This document shows positions 53,291 through 61,427 of a stretch of 64,000 nt of DNA, piece by piece. The stretch's first letter is position 1, and every line of letters begins with the position of its first letter. Below the pieces are notes generated by a model, which was given only the letters and a program-made list of their open reading frames with translations, did not search any database and was not told the origin of the DNA. The stretch is from assembly GCA_031370785.1 (NCBI GenBank), contig JANMQY010000063.1:1-64000 (forward strand), written 5' to 3'. This DNA is from Candidatus Eiseniibacteriota bacterium. Lineage in GTDB: Bacteria > Eisenbacteria > RBG-16-71-46. The position numbers and the translations under genes were made by a program.

Positions 53291-54290
53291 TGTCCTGCTC
53301 GAGGTCCGCGATCTGAAGAAGCACTTCCCGATCCGGCGCGGACTGTTCGGGCGCACGGCGGGGCAGGTGAAGGCGGTCGACGGCGTTTCGTTCTCGGTCG
53401 GCGCCGGGGAGGTGCTGGGGCTGGTGGGCGAGAGCGGCTGCGGCAAGACCACCACTGGACGCTGCATCCTGCGCCTGATCGAGCCGACTTCCGGCAGCGT
53501 GAGGTTCGAAGGCCGCGAGGTGACGACGCTTCCCGCGCGCGAGCTGCGCGCGCTGCGGCGCGAAATGCAGATCGTGTTCCAGGATCCCTACTCGAGCCTG
53601 AACCCGCGTCTCACCGTGGGTAGCATGCTGACCGAGGCGCTCACCATCCACCGCCTCGCCCGTGGCGCCGCGGCGCGCGCGCGCGTCGCGGAACTGCTCA
53701 CACTGGTCGGGCTTTCGCCGGACCACGCGCGACGCTATCCGCACGAATTCTCGGGCGGTCAACGCCAGCGCATCGGCGTGGCTCGCGCGCTGGCGGTGCG
53801 GCCCAGGCTGATCGTGGCCGACGAGCCGGTCTCCGCGCTCGACGTCTCGATCCAGGCGCAGATCATCAACTTGCTGCGCGATCTCCAGAAGCGCCTCGGG
53901 CTGACCTATCTTTTCGTCGCCCACGATCTCTCGGTGGTCGAGCACATCAGCGACCGGGTTGCGGTCATGTACCTGGGCCGGATCGTCGAGCTGGCCGGGA
54001 GCGCCGAGCTCTACCGCCAGCCTCTGCATCCCTACACCCAGTCGCTGCTGTCGGCGATTCCCCAGCCCAATCCGGAGCGCCGCCGCCGCCGCATGGTGCT
54101 CAAGGGCGACGTGCCGAGCCCGGCGCATCCGCCTCTGGGGTGCCACTTTCACCCGCGTTGCTTCATGGCTCAGCCGAAGTGCGCGGTCGACGAGCCGCTG
54201 CTGCGCGAAGTGCGCCCGGGCCACTGGGCGGCGTGCCATTTCGCCGAGCAGCTCATGAGTCCAGCCCAGGTCCCCGCGGGCGATCGATAG
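53283..54290 (+). CDS. Peptide ABC transporter ATP-binding protein (OppF-like)
   Basis: [21 protein letters not shown] and GCHFHPRC. Confidence 0.93.
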
Positions 54291-54504
54291 TTCTTCGGGC
54301 TCCACGCCTGTCGAACCCAGACTCATTGGGGCGGATTGCCCCAGACGCCCCATCCCACGGGGCCAATCCCCCCGTCAGGCGCCCTCGCGACCCTCCACGT
54401 GGGCAAAAAACCGCCACCGTGGCGCAACGGCCACGCCACTCAATCCTGCCTTCGGCAATCACTTCCGCTGCCCACCTCACCCGCCGGGTCAGGCAGGTGC
54501 CGGG

Positions 54505-54519
54505 TGGCACCCAGCTTGC
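54505..54519 (+). promoter_or_regulatory. Putative sigma54 (-24/-12) promoter
   Basis: TGGCAC-CCAGC-TTGC with exact GG-N10-GC spacing. Confidence 0.5.
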
Positions 54520-54924
54520 GGAAGGGTAGAGGTGTCGTCGCGGCTCGGCGCCCTGGAGAGGGGCCCGTGTCGCGGCCCAAGCCTCGAAAAAATCGAATGC
54601 GGTTCCCTGTGTGACGCGTGCTAGCCGGCTGCCGGGCTGATCCCCCTATCGCGAGCGAAGGAGTCTTGCGGCCAGGTTCACGGTCAAGGCGGGGAACCAT
54701 CTTCGGGCCCCGAGCCTGCGGCTCCCTGCATCCACGCACGACATTGCCGCCGCGATCGGGGCCCATGAATCTTCAGGGCGCACATCCCTCGCGCCGCGCG
54801 ACGATCTGCTCGCGAGCACAGCGCCAGATCTCTTCGTCGCGTTCGCCCGGTCCGCTGTTGAGCACCACGCCTACCATCGCGCGTGCCCTCGCGACCTCCA
54901 TGCCCAATGCCGAGCGCTGGTGCG

Positions 54925-54953
54925 TTGACCCACATCGGCATCCCTGCTAGCGT
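54925..54953 (+). promoter_or_regulatory. Putative sigma70 promoter of the BMC operon
   Basis: TTGACC-17 bp-TAGCGT with an extended -10 TG. Confidence 0.55.
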
Positions 54954-55016
54954 GCCCCTCTCGATGCACGGCAAGTGACGTGCTCGCAAGCACCTTGAGG
55001 AGGACGCATCACACCG

Positions 55017-55298
55017 GTGACGCGTGAGGCGTTGGGGATGGTCGAGACCCGCGGGTGGGTCGCCGCAGTCGAGGCGGCGGACGCGATGTGCAAGACCGCG
55101 AGGGTCCACCTGACGCGCTACGAAGTCACCCCGGGCGCCCTGGTCACGATTCTGGTGCGCGGCTCGCTGGGCGACGTCGAGGCGGCGGTCGAGGCAGGGG
55201 CCCGCGCGGCGGCACGCGTGGGAGAAATGGTCGTCCGCCATGTCATTCCGTCACCCGATCCACAGCTGGAAGAACCCATCACGGGCCTGGGCCGATGA
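55017..55298 (+). CDS. BMC shell hexamer protein (BMC-H)
   Basis: ALGMVETRG..AAVEAADAM.K.A and HVIPSP. GAGGAGG RBS. Confidence 0.92.
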   Translation: MTREALGMVETRGWVAAVEAADAMCKTARVHLTRYEVTPGALVTILVRGSLGDVEAAVEAGARAAARVGEMVVRHVIPSPDPQLEEPITGLGR

Positions 55299-55342
55299 CG
55301 AGCCCGGCTCGCATTCAACTTTCGACGTGAGGAGCACATCCC

Positions 55343-55642
55343 ATGAATGAAGAAGCTCTGGGCCTGATCGAGACGCGCGGGTTCGTGGCCATGGTCGAAG
55401 CCTCCGACGCCATGGTCAAGGCCGCTCGCGTCACGCTGGTACATTACGAGAAGATCGGCGCCGGCTACGTCACCACCGTTGTGCGCGGCGACGTCGCTGC
55501 GGTGCGTGCCGCGACCGAGGCCGGTGCGGCTGCGGCCGCCAAGGTCGGTGAGGTGGTCTCGGTGCACGTAATTCCGCGCCCGCACGCGATGCTCGAGGAG
55601 GCGCTTCCCATCCGCCGTCTCGAGCCCGCGTCCAAGAAGTAA
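55343..55642 (+). CDS. BMC shell hexamer protein (BMC-H, EutM/PduA-like)
   Basis: [21 protein letters not shown] and HVIPRPH. Confidence 0.94.
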   Translation: MNEEALGLIETRGFVAMVEASDAMVKAARVTLVHYEKIGAGYVTTVVRGDVAAVRAATEAGAAAAAKVGEVVSVHVIPRPHAMLEEALPIRRLEPASKK

Positions 55643-55648
55643 CATCGC

Positions 55649-55954
55649 GTGATCCTGGCGCAGGTGGTCGGCACAGTCGTCTCCACGCGCAAGGACAAGG
55701 GACTTCTCGGGCTCAAGCTGTTGCTCGCCCGCGAAGTCGACGGCGCATTCAAGCCTACCGGCAACTTCGTGGTGGCCGCGGATGCGGTCGGAGCGGGAGT
55801 GGACGAGCTGGTGCTGATCGCGGCGGGTTCTTCGGCCCGCCTCACCGAGGTCTCTCGCGACCGGCCGGTGGACGCCGTGATCTGCGGCATCGTGGACACG
55901 GTCGAGATGAACGGGCGCGACGTGTACCTGAAGGGAGCCGGCGCGAAGGGCTGA
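55649..55954 (+). CDS. BMC vertex pentamer (BMC-P, EutN/CcmL family)
   Basis: [23 protein letters not shown] and DAVICGIVD. Confidence 0.93.
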   Translation: MILAQVVGTVVSTRKDKGLLGLKLLLAREVDGAFKPTGNFVVAADAVGAGVDELVLIAAGSSARLTEVSRDRPVDAVICGIVDTVEMNGRDVYLKGAGAKG

Positions 55955-55979
55955 GGCCCTGAACCCCGGAACTCCGCTC

Positions 55980-57407
55980 ATGGCCCTCGACCCCAGAAGC
56001 ATCGAGTCGATCGTCGCAGAGGTTCTCGAGCGGCTGGATAGCGGCGGAAAGCCAGCCGGCTCCGAGGCCGGCGCGCCGCTCGGTGTGCACCGCGATCTCG
56101 ACACCGCGGTCAAGGCGGCTCAAGCCGCCTTCGAGGCCTACGACAAGGTCCCGCTCAGCACGCGCTACGCGGTGGTCGCCGCGATGCGCGACACGCTGCG
56201 CGGCAGCTGGCGAGCCCTCGCCGAGCTTGCGGTCGAAGAGACCGGGCTGGGGCGGGTCGAGGACAAGATCACCAAGAACCGGATCGTCACCGAGCTCACG
56301 CCCGGCCCCGAGGATCTCGAGCCGCGCGCGTGGACCGGGGATCACGGCCTGACCCTCGAGGAGCGCGCTCCCTACGGAGTGATCTCGGTGATCACTCCGG
56401 TGACCAATCCGAGCGAGACTGTGATCAACAACGGGATCTCGATGGTCTCGGGCGGCAATACCGTGGTGCTGTGCCCGCATCCGAACGCGCGCAAGGTTTC
56501 GATCCTGACCGTGGACCTGATGAACCGCGCCGCGCGCCGCGCTGGCGCCCCCGCGCCGCTGCTCCATTCGGTGGCCGAGCCCAGCATCGAGGTCGCGCAG
56601 CAGATGCTGCGCTATCCCGGCATCCGGCTCAACGTCGTCACCGGCGGCCCGGCGGTGGTGAAGGAGGCGCTCAATGCCGGAAAGAAGGCGATCACCGCGG
56701 GTCCGGGCAATCCGCCGTCGATCGTGGACGAGACCGCGGATATTGAGAAGGCCGCGCGTGACCTGATCGCGGGCGCCTCGCTCGACAACAACGTCATCTG
56801 CACCGACGAGAAGGAAGTGATTGCGGTCGCGATCATCGCCGACCGGCTCAAGGAGGTGTTCTCGCGCGCGGACTCGGGCGCGATCGTGCTCGCCCCGCAT
56901 CAGACCGAGCAGCTGCGTCGGGTGGTGCTCGAGAAGGAGCAGGGCCCGCGCCAGTACGCGATCATCAACCGCAAGTACGTGGGGAAGAACATCGACATGA
57001 TCCTGCGGGAGGCCGGCATCCCGTGCGATCCCTCGAAGCGGCTGGCCGTCTGCGAGGTCGACAACGACCACCCGTTCGTGTGGACCGAGATGATGATGCC
57101 GATCCTGCCCATGACCCGGGTGCGCAACGTCGATGAGGCGATCGACTACGCGGTGCTGGTCGAGCACGGTTTCCGCCACACCGCCTCCATGCACTCGCGC
57201 AACGTCGACAAGCTGTCGAAGATGGCGCGGGCGTGCAACTGCTCGATCTTCGTCAAGAACGGTCCGAACTTCGCGGGTCTCGGCTGGGGCGGGGAAGGCC
57301 CGACCAGCTTCACCATCGCCAGCCCGACCGGCGAGGGCATGACCTCGGCGCGCAGCTTCACACGGATCCGGCGCTGCACGCTGGTCGACAACTTTCGGAT
57401 CGTGTAA
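55980..57407 (+). CDS. CoA-acylating aldehyde dehydrogenase (EutE/PduP family) with N-terminal encapsulation peptide
   Basis: MALDPRSIESIVAEVLERL amphipathic peptide, PVTNPSET, GPGNPP, NVICTDEKE (catalytic Cys) and TIASPTGEG. Confidence 0.92.
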   Translation: MALDPRSIESIVAEVLERLDSGGKPAGSEAGAPLGVHRDLDTAVKAAQAAFEAYDKVPLSTRYAVVAAMRDTLRGSWRALAELAVEETGLGRVEDKITKNRIVTELTPGPEDLEPRAWTGDHGLTLEERAPYGVISVITPVTNPSETVINNGISMVSGGNTVVLCPHPNARKVSILTVDLMNRAARRAGAPAPLLHSVAEPSIEVAQQMLRYPGIRLNVVTGGPAVVKEALNAGKKAITAGPGNPPSIVDETADIEKAARDLIAGASLDNNVICTDEKEVIAVAIIADRLKEVFSRADSGAIVLAPHQTEQLRRVVLEKEQGPRQYAIINRKYVGKNIDMILREAGIPCDPSKRLAVCEVDNDHPFVWTEMMMPILPMTRVRNVDEAIDYAVLVEHGFRHTASMHSRNVDKLSKMARACNCSIFVKNGPNFAGLGWGGEGPTSFTIASPTGEGMTSARSFTRIRRCTLVDNFRIV

Positions 57408-57958
57408 TGGCGCATGTCGCGGTTGCCGCGCTCGAGACCAGCAGCATCGCCCAGGGTGTGGTGGCCAGCGACGCCATGGTCAAGACCGCGAACGTCGAGC
57501 TGATCGAAGCCTGTGCGGTCTCCCCGGGGAAATTCTGGGTGCTGATCGGGGGCGAGGTCGCCTCCGTGCGCGCGGCGTTCCAGCGTGGCGTCGACACTGC
57601 GGCCGAAACCCTGCTCGACTCGCTGCTGATTCCGCAGCTGCACGAGGGCGTGCTTGCCGCGTTGCGCGGGGTCGCATCCGCGGAGGATCACGACGCGCTC
57701 GGAGTGATCGAGACCCTGACCGCCGCGGCAGCGATCGTGGCCGCCGACCGTGCCGCCAAGGCGGCGAGCGTGACCCTGCGCGACCTGCGCCTCGCCAACG
57801 GGCTCGGGGGCAAGGGCGTGCTGTATCTGTCCGGCGACGTGAGCAACGTCGAGGCTGCGGTGGCCGCGGGCCGCGCCGAGGCGCTCAGCCGTGGCCTGCT
57901 GACTCGCGCAGTGGTAATCCCGCGCCTTCACGCCCAGCTCAAGGCGCGGGTGCTCTGA
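57407..57958 (+). CDS. Tandem-domain BMC shell protein (BMC-T, PduT-like)
   Basis: LETSSIAQG..SDAMVK, SPGKF, ALGVIET and RLANGLGGKG. Confidence 0.88.
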   Translation: MAHVAVAALETSSIAQGVVASDAMVKTANVELIEACAVSPGKFWVLIGGEVASVRAAFQRGVDTAAETLLDSLLIPQLHEGVLAALRGVASAEDHDALGVIETLTAAAAIVAADRAAKAASVTLRDLRLANGLGGKGVLYLSGDVSNVEAAVAAGRAEALSRGLLTRAVVIPRLHAQLKARVL

Positions 57959-58236
57959 TGCACTTCGCGCGCGTGATCGGCACGGTGGTCTGCACCGAGC
58001 GCGTCCCGTCGTGGCGCGGCCAGCGCATGCTGCTGCTCGAGCCGACCGACGCCGCGGGGAAGGCCTCCGGGCGCTCGCTGGTCGCGATCGACCTGGTCTC
58101 GGCCGCCCCCGGCCAGCGGGTTTTCTACGTGCGTGGGCGCGAGGCCGCGAACGCGCTTCCCGACGCCGAGAATCCCGCGGACGCCGCGATCGTCGGCATC
58201 GTCGATCATGCCCGTCTCGAACCGGAGAAGGCCTGA
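57958..58236 (+). CDS. BMC vertex pentamer (BMC-P)
   Basis: ARVIGTVVCT, VAIDLV.A and DAAIVGIVD. Confidence 0.9.
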   Translation: MHFARVIGTVVCTERVPSWRGQRMLLLEPTDAAGKASGRSLVAIDLVSAAPGQRVFYVRGREAANALPDAENPADAAIVGIVDHARLEPEKA

Positions 58237-58239
58237 GCC

Positions 58240-58512
58240 ATGTTCCTCGCGCGGGTCGTTGGCGAGGTGGTGGCCACCATCAAGCATCGCGATCTCGATG
58301 CGCGCGCGCTGCTGCTCGTGCAGCCGGTCACTCCGACCGGGGAGCCCACTGGGAAGATCGCGATCGCGGTCGATGCGGCGCAGGCCGGTATCGGAGATCG
58401 GGTGCTGGTTGCCGATGAGGGCAACGGTGCGGCGCAGGTCCTCCGTCGTGCGCGCGGGACGGTGCGCACCGTGATCGTCGGAGTCGTGGACGAGGTGAGC
58501 GTCGGGAGCTGA
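58240..58512 (+). CDS. BMC vertex pentamer (BMC-P)
   Basis: ARVVGEVVATIK, AVDAAQAG.GD and IVGVVD. Confidence 0.9.
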   Translation: MFLARVVGEVVATIKHRDLDARALLLVQPVTPTGEPTGKIAIAVDAAQAGIGDRVLVADEGNGAAQVLRRARGTVRTVIVGVVDEVSVGS

Positions 58513-58682
58513 GCGCCTCACGAATGGAACAACCGTTCCTAAGCACGCGCGCCGCATGCTAGATTGACCGCGACTTGGGATGGTGAGCAGTTGGGAACGG
58601 AGGGTGGGTTCGCGCGGCACGGACGACTGTGCGCGCCGGCGAAGTGCCTAGCAGCCCCACAGCCGATTCAAGGAGGAGAGCG

Positions 58683-58994
58683 ATGACCAAGGCGGATCTC
58701 GTCGAGGAGGTTTCGACCCAGACCGGGGTCTCGAAGCAGCACACCGCCCTGATCGTGGACGGGCTGCTGGACGCCGTGTGCCGGGCGCTCAGCGAAGGGC
58801 GGCACCTCGAAATCCGTGGATTCGGGACGTTCAAGGTTCGTGAGCGCCGCGCGCGCCGCGCCCGCAATCCGCGCAGTGGATCGGAAGTGATGGTTCCGGC
58901 CAAGCTCGTTCCGGTGTTCAAGCCGAGCAAGGAGCTGAAGGGCCAGGTGCTCGAAGCGGTCGAGGCGACCGAGGCGGTCGCCGGACAGGTGTGA
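58683..58994 (+). CDS. HU/IHF family DNA-binding protein
   Basis: MTKADLV, IRGFGTF, ARNPRSG and PVFKPSKELK. Confidence 0.93.
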   Translation: MTKADLVEEVSTQTGVSKQHTALIVDGLLDAVCRALSEGRHLEIRGFGTFKVRERRARRARNPRSGSEVMVPAKLVPVFKPSKELKGQVLEAVEATEAVAGQV

Positions 58995-59012
58995 GCCGAC
59001 AAAGGAGACGGA

Positions 59013-59108
59013 ATGGGGTCTGGAAAGAAGCGGAAGCGCAAGAAGATCGCAACGCACAAGCGAAAGAAGCGTCTGCGGAAGAATCGCCATAAGAAGCGCA
59101 TCCGCTAG
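59013..59108 (+). CDS. Small basic ribosomal protein, bS22/AURKAIP1-COX24-like (not in the ORF track)
   Basis: AAGGAG RBS. MGSGKKRKRKKIATHKRKKRLRKNRHKKRIR (31 aa). Confidence 0.85.
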   Translation: MGSGKKRKRKKIATHKRKKRLRKNRHKKRIR

Positions 59109-59175
59109 GGCACCCTTCGAAGCGGAGCAGGCTCCGCGTCTCCTCGGCCGCGCGCATCATGCGCGCGGCCGTTGG

Positions 59176-60843
59176 ATGTTTGATCCTGCCCGTCGCTGGC
59201 GCGGCGGGCCGCGCGAGCTCAAGTGGAAGGGCCCGCATGCCCCTGAGGACGGGGACTTCGTCATCGCTGAAGTCCCATCCGATGGCCCCGCGTTCCTGGT
59301 TGAGGTGCTGGGCGCCGACGACCGTCCCGAGTGGGACGACGACGTCGTTGCCTCCCAGTTCCGGTTGCGGCGCCGGTTTCCAGGCGCGGCCGAGCGTGAG
59401 TCGGCCGCCTTCTCCGAACCGGGTGCAAAGGAACGCCACGGGCGCGTCGACCTGCGCGAGGCGCTCGCCTTCACCATCGACCCGGAGGATGCACGGGACC
59501 ACGACGATGCGCTCTCGGTCCATCCGCTCGAGCGCGGCCGGGTCGAGATCGGCATCCACATCGCCGACGTCTCGCACTACGTCACCCCGGGCTCCGCGCT
59601 CGATGCCGAGGCGAAGGAGCGTGGCACCAGCTGCTATCTCCCGGGCGGCGTGATCCCGATGCTGCCCGAGCACCTGTCGGGAGATCTGTGCTCGCTGCGC
59701 GAGAACTCCGATCGCCTGGCGCTGACTGTAATGGCCGAGCTGGATCAGGCCGGCCGGCTTCATGGTTACCGCATGGCGGAGACCGTGATCCGCAGCCGGC
59801 ACCGGCTGTCCTATGGCGAAGTCCAGGACGCGATCGACGGGACCGCCCCACGCACCGCCCCGCTGCAGGGCGCGCTCGAGATGCTGCGCGACCTGGCCCG
59901 GGCGTTGCGCAGCCGCCGGCGCGCGGCCGGCGCACTCGAACTCGACATTCCGGAGGCCAAGGTCAAGGTGGACGAGAATGGCGTTCCGCTCATCATCGAG
60001 CGCCGGCCGCACCTCGAAAGCCACGAGCTGATCGAGGAATTCATGCTGCTCGCCAATCACTGTGTAGGCGAAGAGGGCACGCGGCGCCGCGCCGGCGTGC
60101 TCTACCGCGTGCACGAAGCACCCTCGCCGACGCGGCTCGCGGAGCTCGACGAGATGCTCAAGACGCTGGGGCTTCCGCGCCTCGGCTCGCGCACCGATGC
60201 CGTGGCGGCGCTGCAGGCGCTACTCGCCGTGCCGCTCGATCCGCCGCACCGCCGGTTGCTGCACCGACTGGTGCTGCGCACGCTGCCGCGCGCGCGCTAC
60301 CTCGAGCGTGATCTCGGACACTTCGGCCTGGCGACCCGCGAGTACTGCCATTTCACCTCTCCGATCCGCCGCTACCCGGATCTGCACAATCACCGGCGGG
60401 TACGCGAGTGGATCCGGCGCCAGCCCGACGCGGCGTGGGACGAACCCGCGCGCGCGGCACTCGCGCTCCAGTGCAGCGGTACCGAACAGAACGCTACCGA
60501 CGCCGAACGCGAGGCGATCCGGGTCAAGGGACTGCGCCATCTTGAGGGGCGACTTGGGGAGGTCGCCTCGGGTATTATCGCCGGGTTGATTCCTCAGGGA
60601 TTCTTCGTCGAGCTCGACGACGTTCCTGTCGACGGATTCGTCCGGGTCTCGCGTGATCTCGACGATCATTTCGTTCTCGACAGCACGGGCATCCGTCTGG
60701 TCGGCCGGCGAACCCGGCGCCGTTTCACGCTTGGCGACGCCGTGCGCGTGACGATCGCGAGAGTCGATGTACCGGCGCGAGAATGCGATTTCGCGCTGGA
60801 AGAGCCGCCGCGGCGGGGCCGCCGCGATCATGGGAGGGGTTGA
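59176..60843 (+). CDS. rnr: Ribonuclease R / RNB-family exoribonuclease (short N-terminus)
   Basis: FTIDPEDARDHDDALS, HIADV, IEEFMLLAN, HFTSPIRRYPD and C-terminal S1 domain. Confidence 0.88.
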   Translation: MFDPARRWRGGPRELKWKGPHAPEDGDFVIAEVPSDGPAFLVEVLGADDRPEWDDDVVASQFRLRRRFPGAAERESAAFSEPGAKERHGRVDLREALAFTIDPEDARDHDDALSVHPLERGRVEIGIHIADVSHYVTPGSALDAEAKERGTSCYLPGGVIPMLPEHLSGDLCSLRENSDRLALTVMAELDQAGRLHGYRMAETVIRSRHRLSYGEVQDAIDGTAPRTAPLQGALEMLRDLARALRSRRRAAGALELDIPEAKVKVDENGVPLIIERRPHLESHELIEEFMLLANHCVGEEGTRRRAGVLYRVHEAPSPTRLAELDEMLKTLGLPRLGSRTDAVAALQALLAVPLDPPHRRLLHRLVLRTLPRARYLERDLGHFGLATREYCHFTSPIRRYPDLHNHRRVREWIRRQPDAAWDEPARAALALQCSGTEQNATDAEREAIRVKGLRHLEGRLGEVASGIIAGLIPQGFFVELDDVPVDGFVRVSRDLDDHFVLDSTGIRLVGRRTRRRFTLGDAVRVTIARVDVPARECDFALEEPPRRGRRDHGRG

Positions 60844-60844
60844 G

Positions 60845-61351
60845 ATGCCGCAGAAACGGACGACGCGCCGGTCGGAACGTCGGCGCGAGCCACGCGCCGA
60901 CGCGCGGCTCAGCATGCGACTCGAAGGATCCGTTCCGGACGTCGAGGACCGCACTCAGATCGTCACCGAGAGTCAGAACATCTCCGCCAGCGGGGTCTAC
61001 TGCATGGCCTCGCACTACCTTGCGCCGACGTCCCGGGTCGCGCTCACCATCGTGCTGCCCCGCCTGCCAGGCTCGCGCGGCTCAAAGGAGCTGATCAAGT
61101 GCGACGGGATCGTGGTGCGCTGCGACACCGTCGCCTCGAGCGCGCGCGAGAAGCACTACGAGCTGGCCTGCTCGTTCTCCGGTCTCGACGATCGGCGCCG
61201 CATGCTGATCGAGGAATTCGTGACCTGGCGAAACCTGCAGTCGCTGCGCTCGGCGATCGGGGCGGTCAACGGGACCAAGCGACCGGCACGCCGCACCGCG
61301 ACCAAGAAGAGCACGCGCAAGAGCACGGCCAAGCGCCGCACCGTTCACTAG
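60845..61351 (+). CDS. PilZ-domain protein with basic C-terminal tail
   Basis: RREPR (RxxxR) and NISASG ([D/N]xSxxG) c-di-GMP motifs. Confidence 0.8.
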   Translation: MPQKRTTRRSERRREPRADARLSMRLEGSVPDVEDRTQIVTESQNISASGVYCMASHYLAPTSRVALTIVLPRLPGSRGSKELIKCDGIVVRCDTVASSAREKHYELACSFSGLDDRRRMLIEEFVTWRNLQSLRSAIGAVNGTKRPARRTATKKSTRKSTAKRRTVH

Positions 61352-61427
61352 GAATGCCGGTTCGATCTCGACCCGCCGCTCCTCCGGCCTTGATCGGTCG
61401 CGACGGTGTGGCGGCGCTGCATCTCGC

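Noticed and set aside
54618..54950. 110-aa ORF in the gap before the BMC locus
   Set aside because: No RBS, low-complexity Arg/Pro/Ser composition, and it overlaps the predicted BMC promoter.
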